Source: Candidatus Sericytochromatia bacterium (GTDB lineage Bacteria; Cyanobacteriota; Sericytochromatia; S15B-MN24; JAQBPE01). Taken from it: 64,000 nt of DNA. The stretch spans positions 32,001 to 96,000 of the forward strand of contig JAYKHR010000066.1 of NCBI GenBank assembly GCA_035285125.1. Direction: 5' to 3'. How positions within the stretch are numbered: the stretch's first letter is position 1; each line of letters starts with the position of its first letter. Positions 22,568 through 33,173 of the stretch are shown here, piece after piece. A program made the position numbers and the translations under genes. The notes under the pieces were generated by a model. It did not search any database. It had not been told where the DNA came from and saw only the letters and a program-made list of their open reading frames with translations.

Positions 22568-24170
22568 GTTCAGGTGCCTCCGTGTGCGCCGGCTGAAACA
22601 GGCGCTCCAGCCCATACCCTGTGAGCCGGTTGTGATAGTAGAAAAGCAACTTCATGTCCGTCAACGTGACCTCCCGCGTGTCCGTGGTGGCCAGCGGGCG
22701 GGTGTGGTACATCTGAAAGTAGGCCATCGCGACCCGGAAGACCTCCTCGTAAGGGCGGCTGCCGACGGTCTCTGAGAGGTGGATGCGGCCCGCCGCTGCC
22801 AGCTTGAAAAGCTGCTCCCTGACGCGAGCCAGAGCTTGCATCACGGCCTCGATGGGCAGCGTCGTGTCCCCAGGCAGCCGGATCAGGTGGTAGAGGTCCT
22901 GGCCCGGGTGCTTTCCCCTCACGAGCTCGAAGAGCGTGAACGCCACGAGGTGGGTGGAGAGTACCACGTTGTTGGCGAGGAATGAGGCCTGCACGGCCTC
23001 TCCGAGTTGCCGCGTGTACTCGGCATCTCGCGCCGGCACGTCAGCCACCTGGCCGGTGGTGGAGACGTACCTCGTCACGTCGATGGCCCGGCCGTGGCTG
23101 TCGCGGGAGGTGCCGTCTGCATCCACGGGGTTTCCGAAGACGTCCAGGGCTTGCCCCACGCGAAGCACCATCTGCCCCTCGAAGTTCATCACGGAGCGCG
23201 CGTAGGCCAGCCAGCGCTCCCACCGCGCGAACTCGTCGTCCTCGATGATGTAGCGGCTCTTGCCCTGCGCCTTCAGGTGGTCCTCGATTTGCGTCGCCCC
23301 CTCGAGGACGAGCGGGTAGTTGATGGTCATCGGAACCACGTAGATGTCGGGCGCGGCCCGCCCCGCCCGCACGTTGTTGATGTAGGCGGCCAGGCCAGTG
23401 CCCAGCAGGCCGAGCTTCAGCTTATGCTCCACGCCACCGGACCTCGACCGGGTGCCACCGGGGAAGAACAAGCTGTGGTAACCACGCTCCAGCACCACGG
23501 TGGAGTAGGTCTTGAGCACCTCCTTGTAGAGGCCGTTTCGGAGGCGTCGATCGACCTTGTAGGCGCCCAGGTTGTGCATGAAGAAGCCAATCAGCGGGTT
23601 CGCAAACAGGTTCTTGCCAGCCCCGTAGGTGAAGGGTGGCAGCCCCAGCCGGTCCAACGCGAAGCCGACGACGATGGAGTCGAGGTTCGACGAGTGGGTT
23701 GGCACCAGGATGACCGTGCCGCGGCGGGACAGCGCCTTGAGGGCCTCCACCTGTCCTTGCACCACAATGCGCCTCTCGAGTTCCTCGAGGCGCGGCGCGT
23801 TGCTCAGCGAGCGCCGGCGGAACAGCAGGCTCAGCCCGCGCGGGATGACCCCCGTGGCAAAGCGGTACACCCAGGGCGTGAAGCTGCCCACGATGTCCCG
23901 CCCGTAGCCCTCCGTGATCTCGCGGAGCTTGGCGTGCTTCGCCTCCGGGCTACGCCGTCCGAGCGTCCTGTAGAGGTCCAGCCAGCCGCGCAGGGCCTCG
24001 GCGCGGCGTGGATCGGCCTCGAGGCGCGCGATCTCGTGAAAGGCCACGTCGTTGACGGCGAGCTCGACGGCCGCCTCACTGACGCCCACGCGCTGCAGGG
24101 TGCGCTGCACCACATCGGTGACGAGGCTGTCGCGCTCGGCGTTCAGCTGGTAGATCCGTCCCTCACCCAT
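22554..24170 (-). CDS. PlsB-like glycerol-3-phosphate acyltransferase
   Basis: HxxxxD (HSSNLD), GAGKNL, GAYKVDR, FFPGGTRSRSG; overlaps gpsA. Confidence 0.85.
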   Translation of the reverse strand: MGEGRIYQLNAERDSLVTDVVQRTLQRVGVSEAAVELAVNDVAFHEIARLEADPRRAEALRGWLDLYRTLGRRSPEAKHAKLREITEGYGRDIVGSFTPWVYRFATGVIPRGLSLLFRRRSLSNAPRLEELERRIVVQGQVEALKALSRRGTVILVPTHSSNLDSIVVGFALDRLGLPPFTYGAGKNLFANPLIGFFMHNLGAYKVDRRLRNGLYKEVLKTYSTVVLERGYHSLFFPGGTRSRSGGVEHKLKLGLLGTGLAAYINNVRAGRAAPDIYVVPMTINYPLVLEGATQIEDHLKAQGKSRYIIEDDEFARWERWLAYARSVMNFEGQMVLRVGQALDVFGNPVDADGTSRDSHGRAIDVTRYVSTTGQVADVPARDAEYTRQLGEAVQASFLANNVVLSTHLVAFTLFELVRGKHPGQDLYHLIRLPGDTTLPIEAVMQALARVREQLFKLAAAGRIHLSETVGSRPYEEVFRVAMAYFQMYHTRPLATTDTREVTLTDMKLLFYYHNRLTGYGLERLFQPAHTEAPEHDLA

Positions 24171-24238
24171 CTGGTGCTCCCCTGCCGAACCACCCTAGCC
24201 GTATACCCCTCCCCACCACATCTGCTAGCATGCCGGCC

Positions 24239-25735
24239 GTGACGAGCCGCTCAGTGGCCGAGGCCTACCACGAACAGACGAAGTACAGCCCCGCGAGCAT
24301 CGCCGCTGGGCGTCGCAGCCTGGACTTCGACGCCCAGCCCTCGGCCTTCAAGAGCTACCCGCACGGTGAGGCCGTCGATCTGACGCGCTTCCTCCCAGAC
24401 GGCGACGAGCTACGATCGGATGCCGCGCTCGCCGCCTGGCGGGAGGCGCTCCCCGAGGCGGAACGCGGCCTCGCAGAGCTGTCGCACCTGCTTTACTTCA
24501 CCAACGGCGTCACCGGGCTGGTGCCGCAGCGCCCCGCGCCCCTCCTGATGCGTGCCGCCCCCTCGGCAGGTGGCCTTTACCCGACCGAGCTTTACCTCGT
24601 CGTCCGGGACCGCACCGGCTTGTCGGACGGGATCTACAACTACCTGGTGCGAGATCACGCCCTCGTCAGGGTGTGTGGCGTGCCGTCGCCTGAGTTTGTC
24701 GACGCCGCCTGCTTCGGGGCGCCGGAGGTAGCCCGGGCGGACATTCTCGTCATCTGCACCGGGGTGTTCGCCCGGAGCGCCTGGCGTTACGAGGACAGGG
24801 CGTACAGACGGGTCTTGCTGGACACCGGGCACGTCATCGGCAACATGGCGCTCTGTGCCCCCCTGGTGGGGCACTCGCTGCAGCAGCTGGGGGGCTTCTC
24901 GGATGCGGCCTGGGAGGATGCCCTGTTCCTCGATCCGACGGAGGAGGGCGTGCTGGCGGTGGCCGCCCTGGGGATCGACAGCCGCGGGGGGCCCGTCCCG
25001 GTTTGGCCCGGCGAGCGCACGACGGCCTCCGACGTGCCCGCTGGTCAGCGCCTCGTGGCCCTGCACACGGCCACGCGCCTGCTGGTGCCGGCGGGCCAGG
25101 CGGTCGACGCGCACGCCTCCGAGGGCCCCGGCCCCGCGGCGCGGCTGATGCCGGGCCAGCAGCTGGCAGCAGACCCTACAGAGCTGACGGGCAGGCTCGG
25201 CGTCACGATCCTGTCCCGACGTTCCTGCCGCAGCTTCAGCGGAGGGGGGATCGACGTTGGCGCCCTCTCAGAGATGCTGGCGTTGGCGTTCGCCACCCGC
25301 GATCAGCTGGTGGCCCCGGGGCTGCTCCAAACCTGGCTGGTCGTGCACGACGTGGCAGGCATGGAGCCGGGGTGCTATCAGTATGACTCCGACCAGCAAC
25401 TGGCTCGACAGGTGCGGTTCTTGCCCCTGCGGGAGCCGATGCGGCGGCTCGCGCTCGGCCAGGATCTGGCTGGCGATGCGGCCGTGGTGGTCGTCCACAC
25501 GGCCAACCTGCCTGAAGCAGTCGCCAGGCTGGGGGACCGGGCCTACAGACACCTCCACATGGATGCCGGTCACGTCGGCCAACGGCTGAGCCTCGGTGCC
25601 GTGGCGCTCGGCTTGGGCGCCAGTGGCATCGGCGGGTTCTTCGACGACGAGGTCAACGACCTGGTGGGCATCCCCGCCACCCAGGCCGTGGTTTACCTCA
25701 CCACCCTGGGCGTCCCTGAGCGCGCGGAGCGGTGA
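24239..25735 (+). CDS. Two-domain SagB/ThcOx-family nitroreductase
   Basis: YHEQTKY, RAAPSAGGLYP.E, YRR.LLD.GH, second domain RRS.R / YRH.HMDAG / GIGGFFDD; in-frame GTG 7 nt after TGcTAGCAT (ATG24230 is an alternative). Confidence 0.88.
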   Translation: MTSRSVAEAYHEQTKYSPASIAAGRRSLDFDAQPSAFKSYPHGEAVDLTRFLPDGDELRSDAALAAWREALPEAERGLAELSHLLYFTNGVTGLVPQRPAPLLMRAAPSAGGLYPTELYLVVRDRTGLSDGIYNYLVRDHALVRVCGVPSPEFVDAACFGAPEVARADILVICTGVFARSAWRYEDRAYRRVLLDTGHVIGNMALCAPLVGHSLQQLGGFSDAAWEDALFLDPTEEGVLAVAALGIDSRGGPVPVWPGERTTASDVPAGQRLVALHTATRLLVPAGQAVDAHASEGPGPAARLMPGQQLAADPTELTGRLGVTILSRRSCRSFSGGGIDVGALSEMLALAFATRDQLVAPGLLQTWLVVHDVAGMEPGCYQYDSDQQLARQVRFLPLREPMRRLALGQDLAGDAAVVVVHTANLPEAVARLGDRAYRHLHMDAGHVGQRLSLGAVALGLGASGIGGFFDDEVNDLVGIPATQAVVYLTTLGVPERAER

Positions 25736-26100
25736 GAGGCGTCGGTTCCGGAGGCCGCGTGGGACGCCAGCATCACGCCGGGGTAAAGCTCGAGGAACTC
25801 GCGCCAGGCGCGCGCAGCCGTGGGGCCGAGCGGCCCGAAGGCAAGCACCTCCAGGCTCCGCGAGGCGGCAGCGAGCCTCGCCGGCACGGCCCCGTCCCCC
25901 ACGGTGCGATGCAGCGCTTCCAGGCGCCAGGCCTCCAGCAGGGCCGCCCCGAACACCCCGGCCGCGAAGGCGCCCTCGATCACGCGAAGCGCCAGCTGCT
26001 CGGGCCAGGGCAGACCGGTCCGCGCCTGCGCAAAGACGGCATCGAGCCATTGCCGCAGGTGGACCAGTTCGTTCGGGACAGAGGCGTCGGGGGCTTGCAA
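25693..26100 (-). CDS. Hypothetical helical protein
   Basis: GGAG SD before TTG; fills the gap; no recognised motif. Confidence 0.5.
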   Translation of the reverse strand: MQAPDASVPNELVHLRQWLDAVFAQARTGLPWPEQLALRVIEGAFAAGVFGAALLEAWRLEALHRTVGDGAVPARLAAASRSLEVLAFGPLGPTAARAWREFLELYPGVMLASHAASGTDASHRSARSGTPRVVR

Positions 26101-26219
26101 GCTCAGACTCCAGCTCGGGACACATACCCTTGCCCAAGACGGCTTGACACGCCTCAGCGCAGAGGGCTAAACCAGTGTGGCATATGCGGCACGTGACGTC
26201 TGTGCGCGAGGAGGCTTGC

Positions 26220-26645
26220 ATGCGTTCCTGGGCACTGCCCCTGGGAGGGGCCCTGGTGGCCCTGGGGATTGGGGCCCTTGCGGCCTGCGAGGCCCCTGAT
26301 CCGAGCGTCGTGAGCGGCAGGGTCGTCCTCGCCCCCGGCGTGCGATCGACGCTGGGGGAGAGCGATGCCCTGTTCGTCGTGGCGAGGTCGGGCGACGGCA
26401 AGCCGGGCCCTCCGGTCGCCGTGGTCAAGCACCTCGGCGCGAGGCTGCCGATGAGCTACCGCATCGGGCAAGAGGACGTCCTGGAGCCCGGCCGCTTTTT
26501 TCGCGAGCCCGTGCGAATCCGCGTGATCGTTCGTCGTTCCGGGTTCGTGGGGGTCCCCGGGCCTGAAGACATGGAAGGCGAAGCCACGGGCACGGTTCAA
26601 CCCGGGACCGAAGGGGTCGACGTCGTGCTTCGCCCCCTTCGATGA
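26220..26645 (+). CDS. Lipoprotein resembling the C-terminal Ig-like domain of CcmI/CycH
   Basis: Lipobox LAAC; VSG.V.LAP, LFVVAR...GPP.AV, LP..Y.IG..D; GAGGAGG SD. Confidence 0.7.
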   Translation: MRSWALPLGGALVALGIGALAACEAPDPSVVSGRVVLAPGVRSTLGESDALFVVARSGDGKPGPPVAVVKHLGARLPMSYRIGQEDVLEPGRFFREPVRIRVIVRRSGFVGVPGPEDMEGEATGTVQPGTEGVDVVLRPLR

Positions 26646-27766
26646 CGGGGCCCCAAACGCACCGCATCTGGGTCGACGCTGATGGGGCCGTCTGGCTCGA
26701 GGACCCCGACGAGGCGCTCACGCCGCTGGCCTTGGCGCTGGCCCCAGACTTCGGGTGGCACGAGCCCGCACCGCTCTCCCTCGGTTGCCGCTTTCAAGCC
26801 TTGCGCGCCTGGCCCGTGCCGCGCCCGTGGCCAGCGTCCCTGCCAGGGCTCTGGCAGCTGCACGACGAGGCCCTGCATGCCCTGCAAGCAGGCGCTGTCC
26901 TGCCCGCCTCGCGGCCTGACCAGCCCAGCCTGCTCGACCTCAAGCGGGCCATCGCCCTGCAGTTGCTGGAGGCTTGCGTGCTGTGCGAGCACCGCTGCGG
27001 CGTGAACCGGGTGGCGGGGGAGCGCGGGCGCTGCGGGGTCGGCGCCCAGTCGCGCCACGCGCCCACCTTTGTGCACCTCGGGGAAGAGCGGGAGATCGCG
27101 CCGACGCTCTGTGTGCCGTTCACAGGTTGCTCTTGGCACTGCGTCTACTGCCACACGGCCGAGCTGATCAACCGCGTGGACACAGGGCCGACCCTGGATG
27201 TGGAGGGCCACGCAGCCATCTTCGCCGCGGCCTCGCAACCTGGGGTGCGCTCGCTGAGCTTCGTCGGGGGAAACCCCGACCACCACCTCGCCGCGGTGCT
27301 CGACCAGCTCGGGCACGCGCCTCCAGGCTTCGAACGGGCTGTGGTCTGGAACTCCAACATGTACGGCTCCCCGGAGCTGTATCGCCTCCTTGCGGGGGTC
27401 GTGGATGTCTACCTGGGCGACTGGCGGTACGGCAACGACGCTTGCGCGAGCAGGTTGTCTGGCATCGACGGCTGCTGGGACGCCGTGGCCCGGAACTGGG
27501 AGCTGGTCACGCGCCAGGGGGCGCTGTGCATCGCCCGGGTCCTCATCTTGCCAGGCCACCATGCCTGTTGCACGCGACCGATCCTGACGCACCTCAGCCA
27601 GGCCCACCCGGGGATCCTGGTGTCCTTGCTCGACCAGTATCACCCTGCCTACAGGGCCGGGCGGGCGGCCCCCGAGCTGGCCCGCGTGCCCACGGCCGAG
27701 GAGGTGGCTCTGGCCCGAGCGGAAGCGGAGGCGCTCGGGCTCAGGCTGGTGCTACCTCACGGCTGA
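26642..27766 (+). CDS. Radical SAM protein, PflX-like
   Basis: C.LC...CGVNR..G..G.C, H.GEE, CSWHCVYC (CxxxCxxC), VGG.P, WNSN.Y, QY.P.YRA. Confidence 0.88.
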   Translation: MTGPQTHRIWVDADGAVWLEDPDEALTPLALALAPDFGWHEPAPLSLGCRFQALRAWPVPRPWPASLPGLWQLHDEALHALQAGAVLPASRPDQPSLLDLKRAIALQLLEACVLCEHRCGVNRVAGERGRCGVGAQSRHAPTFVHLGEEREIAPTLCVPFTGCSWHCVYCHTAELINRVDTGPTLDVEGHAAIFAAASQPGVRSLSFVGGNPDHHLAAVLDQLGHAPPGFERAVVWNSNMYGSPELYRLLAGVVDVYLGDWRYGNDACASRLSGIDGCWDAVARNWELVTRQGALCIARVLILPGHHACCTRPILTHLSQAHPGILVSLLDQYHPAYRAGRAAPELARVPTAEEVALARAEAEALGLRLVLPHG

Positions 27767-28431
27767 GGCGGAGTCGCCTGCCTGACCAGCATGAGCAGCA
27801 AGGAAAGCGTGCCGAGGTAGCCAATGACCTGCTGGGTGGTCGCGAACGCCTCGCGCCAGGAGGGCCAGGGGTTGCGCCCCACCTGGATCCGGTCGCCGGG
27901 CTCGACGCGGATGTCGCCCTGCATATCACCCGAGGCCAGGATGGCCGCAAGGTCGATCGGGATGCGGCGCGTCGCCTCGCCCGTGCCACGCAGCAGGGTG
28001 ACCTGGCTGGGCAGGGCCCGCTCCGTGAAGCCCCCGGCCGCTGCGATCGTGTCGAGCACGGTCTGGTCAACCCGGCTCAACACGAGGTTCCCCGGGGTGG
28101 CGACCTCCCCCAGCACCGTCACGATCCGGGGGCGATAGGTCGATACAGACACGTTGACATCGGGATCGTGGAGCTGCTTTGCCAGGGCCGTGCGAACCTG
28201 GTCGCGGAGCTGCTCGACGCTCATCCCGCGGACATCCACCTCGAGCAGGAAGGGGATGACGATGGTGCCGTCCGGGCGGACGGGAAAGGTCCCCCCCCAC
28301 TTTGCGTTGTCGCGCACGACGACGCTGACGCTGTCGCCATGGTCCAGGAGGTAGGAGGCCCGGGCGGCGGTCGGCAGGCAGACGAGGGCGGCGGCCAGCG
28401 TGGCTGTCAGGAACAGGCGACGGACTTGCAT
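27757..28431 (-). CDS. Polysaccharide export protein (Poly_export plus SLBB, Wza-like)
   Basis: Y.L..GD, V.PDG.I..P, V.GEV..PG, AAAGGFT.RA, L.PGD.I.V. Confidence 0.85.
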   Translation of the reverse strand: MQVRRLFLTATLAAALVCLPTAARASYLLDHGDSVSVVVRDNAKWGGTFPVRPDGTIVIPFLLEVDVRGMSVEQLRDQVRTALAKQLHDPDVNVSVSTYRPRIVTVLGEVATPGNLVLSRVDQTVLDTIAAAGGFTERALPSQVTLLRGTGEATRRIPIDLAAILASGDMQGDIRVEPGDRIQVGRNPWPSWREAFATTQQVIGYLGTLSLLLMLVRQATPPQP

Positions 28432-28479
28432 GGGTGGCTCCTGTGGGGACACGGTCGAGGCGTGCTAGAGTGAGGGCCC

Positions 28480-29541
28480 ATGGTCGACTTGACTGACACG
28501 ATCAAGGCCCTACCGGGTCGCCCCGGGGTCTACCAGTTTTTCGACGCACGGGACCGTCTGCTTTACGTCGGCAAGTCGGTGAACCTCAAGGAGCGGGTCC
28601 GCAGCTACTTCCGGGCCGACGGCGGGCACTCCCGCAGAACCTCGCGGCTGCGCGACGAGGCCGACCGGATCGAGGTGGAGGAGTGCGGCTCCGAGCTCGA
28701 GGCCCTGATCCTCGAGAACCGGCTGATCAAGCAGCGGCAGCCCCTTTACAACGTGATGGGGCGTCGGCATCGCCACTACCCCTTCATCAAGATCACCGCT
28801 GAGGCCTTTCCCCGCGTCCTGCTGTCCTACGAACTCGTGGCGGACGGCGGGCGCTACTTTGGCCCGTTCCCCGGGGAGTACCGGGCCAAAGAAGCGCTCG
28901 AGGCCCTGAGGCCCCAGTTCCAGTGGCGCAGCTGCCAGCCGATGCCCACCAGGGCCTGCTTCGAGCACGACATCGGGCGTTGCCGGGCCCCCTGCCTCGG
29001 GGCGGTCGATGCGGCCGCCTACGCCGCCGAGCTGGAGTCCCTGGCGGAGTTCCTTGCTGGAAGCCCGGGCCGCGTGATGGCCGGGCTGGAGGAGGCCATG
29101 CGGGAGGCGGCCGGCGCCCTCGCCTTCGAGCGCGCCGCCGTGCTGAGGGACCGCATGGCGCTGCTGCAGCCCTGGGTGGCGCGACAGCAAGCCGTGCAGC
29201 GGGCCGTCACGGAGCTAGACGCCCTGGTCGTGCTCCCTGCCGTGGAGGCGGACGCAACGCTCTGGCTTGTCATCAGGCGGGGGCGGCTCGTGCACACGGA
29301 GCGTAACGTTCGCCGGAGCAAGGCCCGCAGCGTCGCGACCCGGCTGGCCCGCGCCGTTTCAGCGCCTCCGCCCTCCCTGGCGCTCCGGCAGGAAGAGCTT
29401 GACGAGGTCAACCTGCTGGCGCACTGGCTCCACCGCCACCGGCACGGCGGGAGCACGCACCCGCTGGACCCGGCGCGATGGGCCGAGACGCTGGAGGACG
29501 CGTGGCGCTCCGCGGAGGCGGTGCTGGCCGCCAGATGCTGA
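28480..29541 (+). CDS. GIY-YIG excinuclease, UvrC N-terminal half (Cho-like)
   Basis: LP..PGVY.F, LYVGKS.NL..RV.SYF, EALILE, Cys cluster, UVR motif (FERAA.LRD); no RNase H or HhH domain. Confidence 0.85.
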   Translation: MVDLTDTIKALPGRPGVYQFFDARDRLLYVGKSVNLKERVRSYFRADGGHSRRTSRLRDEADRIEVEECGSELEALILENRLIKQRQPLYNVMGRRHRHYPFIKITAEAFPRVLLSYELVADGGRYFGPFPGEYRAKEALEALRPQFQWRSCQPMPTRACFEHDIGRCRAPCLGAVDAAAYAAELESLAEFLAGSPGRVMAGLEEAMREAAGALAFERAAVLRDRMALLQPWVARQQAVQRAVTELDALVVLPAVEADATLWLVIRRGRLVHTERNVRRSKARSVATRLARAVSAPPPSLALRQEELDEVNLLAHWLHRHRHGGSTHPLDPARWAETLEDAWRSAEAVLAARC

Positions 29542-29545
29542 TGGT

Positions 29546-29980
29546 TCAGGCCTTTGGCTGCGGCTCGTCGCCCGCATGCAAGGACCGCTGCAGGGCCAGC
29601 ACCTCGTCGATCTGCGTCTCGGTGCAGTGCCCAAGTCGCACGAGCGCCTCACCGAGCTGACACCCATTCCTCTGCTGGTAGTCCAGGGCCTCCAGCAGCT
29701 GGATGAAGCCGATGTCGCCCTGATGGACCAGGAGCTCACCGATGCGGATGCCAGCCTTGTACTGCCTGAGCGCTTTGACGAGGTTTTCCGGCGTCAGCGC
29801 CCCACGCTTCACCAGCAGCTCGCCGATCTTCAGGTGAGACTTGAGCTCCTTCTGAGCCGCGAGGCCCTCCCCAAGCTGGGTCCGATCGATCAGGCCCTGG
29901 GAAATGAGGAACTCCCCGAAGAACCCAGCGTTGATTTCCTCAAGGAAGTTCTCGCGCGCTTTTTGTGACGTCTCGTACAT
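29546..29980 (-). CDS. Stand-alone tandem MshEN-repeat protein (putative c-di-GMP receptor)
   Basis: Four (R/K)(I/L)GE.L...G......L..AL..Q-like repeats; TGATG coupling; AAGGAG SD. Confidence 0.75.
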   Translation of the reverse strand: MYETSQKARENFLEEINAGFFGEFLISQGLIDRTQLGEGLAAQKELKSHLKIGELLVKRGALTPENLVKALRQYKAGIRIGELLVHQGDIGFIQLLEALDYQQRNGCQLGEALVRLGHCTETQIDEVLALQRSLHAGDEPQPKA

Positions 29981-31272
29981 CAACGGGCTCCTTCTTCAGA
30001 GTCGAGGGGGAGACGGTCGGGTCGCTCGAGGCCCTCCAGGCGTCGCAGACCCGCAAGGTCGTGCGGCTGCCCGAGGGGCATCGGCGGGGGTGGCAGGGTT
30101 ACCTCGAGCTGCATGGCCCTTTCCAGGCTCGCCGTGATGCCTGCGAGGCGCTCCACGGAGGTGGGAAGCCCCAGCCCGTGGCTGACAATGCGCACGAGCT
30201 CCTCAGTGGAGAAGAACGGGATGTGGGAGGACAGCTTCCACGTCTCATCCATGCTGAGCGGTTTCTCCGCCAGATAGTTGATGAAGTGCGTCATCAAGAT
30301 GTCCACAATTCGGGGAAGGGGGCGGATGCTCTGGCCGTTCCGCAGCATGGCCTGCAGCAACATGCGCAGCTCGGTGAGGGACATGAACCGCCCGAACAGC
30401 TCATGGATGGTGTCCTTGCCCATGGTGGCCTCGTGCGCCCGAAGGAGCATCTCGAGCTCGCTATTGCCGAACAGGCGGTGGGCGTGACGCCGGACGACGG
30501 CGCGAAGGTGGTCGGCCAGCAACTGGGCGGGCGTGAGCACCTCGCCGTGCCAGGCGCCGGCAGCGGCCCGGGCGATCCAGGCCGTTGGTTCCCCCGTCAC
30601 CGGGTGGGCTTCCAAGCGCCACGTCGCTGGCAGGTTGGGGCCCACGGCGGCCACGCAGCCCGGCAGAAGCCGCCCCTCGGCGACGACCTCGCCCTGGAGG
30701 CGGATGACGTATCCCTCGGGGGGGAGCGCCTGATCCTCCTTGCCCGCCACCAGCGGAAAGGCGAAGCCCAGCTCTTGCGCCAGTTGGTAGCGCACCTGCG
30801 CGAGGTGGTCCTGCATCGTCCGGCCTCGCAGGCCCACCTCCGGGTCCGCGTGGAGGGCGGTCCCCACGTCGATGGCGAGCGGGTGGGCCACCAGACTCTC
30901 GATGAGGAGGTCTGGCGAGGCCCCCATGCCGGCCTCGCGAGCAAAGGCATCCTCGGCCCCAGGCGCAGCGGGGACGTCCCCGGCTTGCGATGGCCCGATG
31001 GGACCGCGCAGCCCCGTCAGCATCCCCGTGATGGCCCTCTTGGCGCCAGCCAGCAGGCCGCTCCCGCTCGGCGGCGGCACGAGCTCGTCAGGCCAGAGGC
31101 CGACAGCCCCCAGTTGCCTGTGAATCTGACGCAGGCGCTGGGGCGTATGTCGGGCGAGGTAATCGTTCCAGTCCTCGTCCAGCAGGAGGCAGTACTCGGC
31201 GAAGAGGCGCATGGCGTCCTCGTACCTGTAGCGCCCCACGAGCAGGTTGAGTGCCTTTTCTCGATCAACCAT
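29980..31272 (-). CDS. Soluble FHIPEP protein (FlhA cytoplasmic-domain homolog without the membrane domain)
   Basis: P.AIDVG..L, R..LA.ELGF.FP, L...Y.I.LQG..VA.G, P..G...AWI, L..HL..VVR..A..LFG, L..LLQ.ML..G.SIR.L..I. Confidence 0.75.
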   Translation of the reverse strand: MVDREKALNLLVGRYRYEDAMRLFAEYCLLLDEDWNDYLARHTPQRLRQIHRQLGAVGLWPDELVPPPSGSGLLAGAKRAITGMLTGLRGPIGPSQAGDVPAAPGAEDAFAREAGMGASPDLLIESLVAHPLAIDVGTALHADPEVGLRGRTMQDHLAQVRYQLAQELGFAFPLVAGKEDQALPPEGYVIRLQGEVVAEGRLLPGCVAAVGPNLPATWRLEAHPVTGEPTAWIARAAAGAWHGEVLTPAQLLADHLRAVVRRHAHRLFGNSELEMLLRAHEATMGKDTIHELFGRFMSLTELRMLLQAMLRNGQSIRPLPRIVDILMTHFINYLAEKPLSMDETWKLSSHIPFFSTEELVRIVSHGLGLPTSVERLAGITASLERAMQLEVTLPPPPMPLGQPHDLAGLRRLEGLERPDRLPLDSEEGAR

Positions 31273-31377
31273 TCGTCATCACCCAAAACGCCACGCCGGT
31301 GCCCTGTGCGAACACGCGCCGCGCATGAACACGTTATACCCCGTTATTCGCCACCCAAGCGCACCCCGGGCACGCCG

Positions 31378-33018
<1,641 letters not shown>

Positions 33019-33173
33019 CTGGGACCTCGGGCCGCCTCTCGGCGTCTTGCTGGGGCGTCTCTATCATACTTGAAGGGGGGCGCTTGCGCCCGAGGCATCG
33101 CCTACCCACCCCGTCGAGCGTCGGTTATAATGGCCGCGCCCGGGAGGTCCGGGCGCACAGGAAGGAGCACCCG

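Noticed and set aside
24239..27766. RiPP cluster (SagB plus radical SAM)
   Set aside because: No YcaO, precursor, SPASM/RRE domain or exporter; an opposite-strand gene separates the two
29980..31272. Canonical flhA of a flagellar operon
   Set aside because: No TM domain and no flagellar neighbours; reported as a soluble homolog instead
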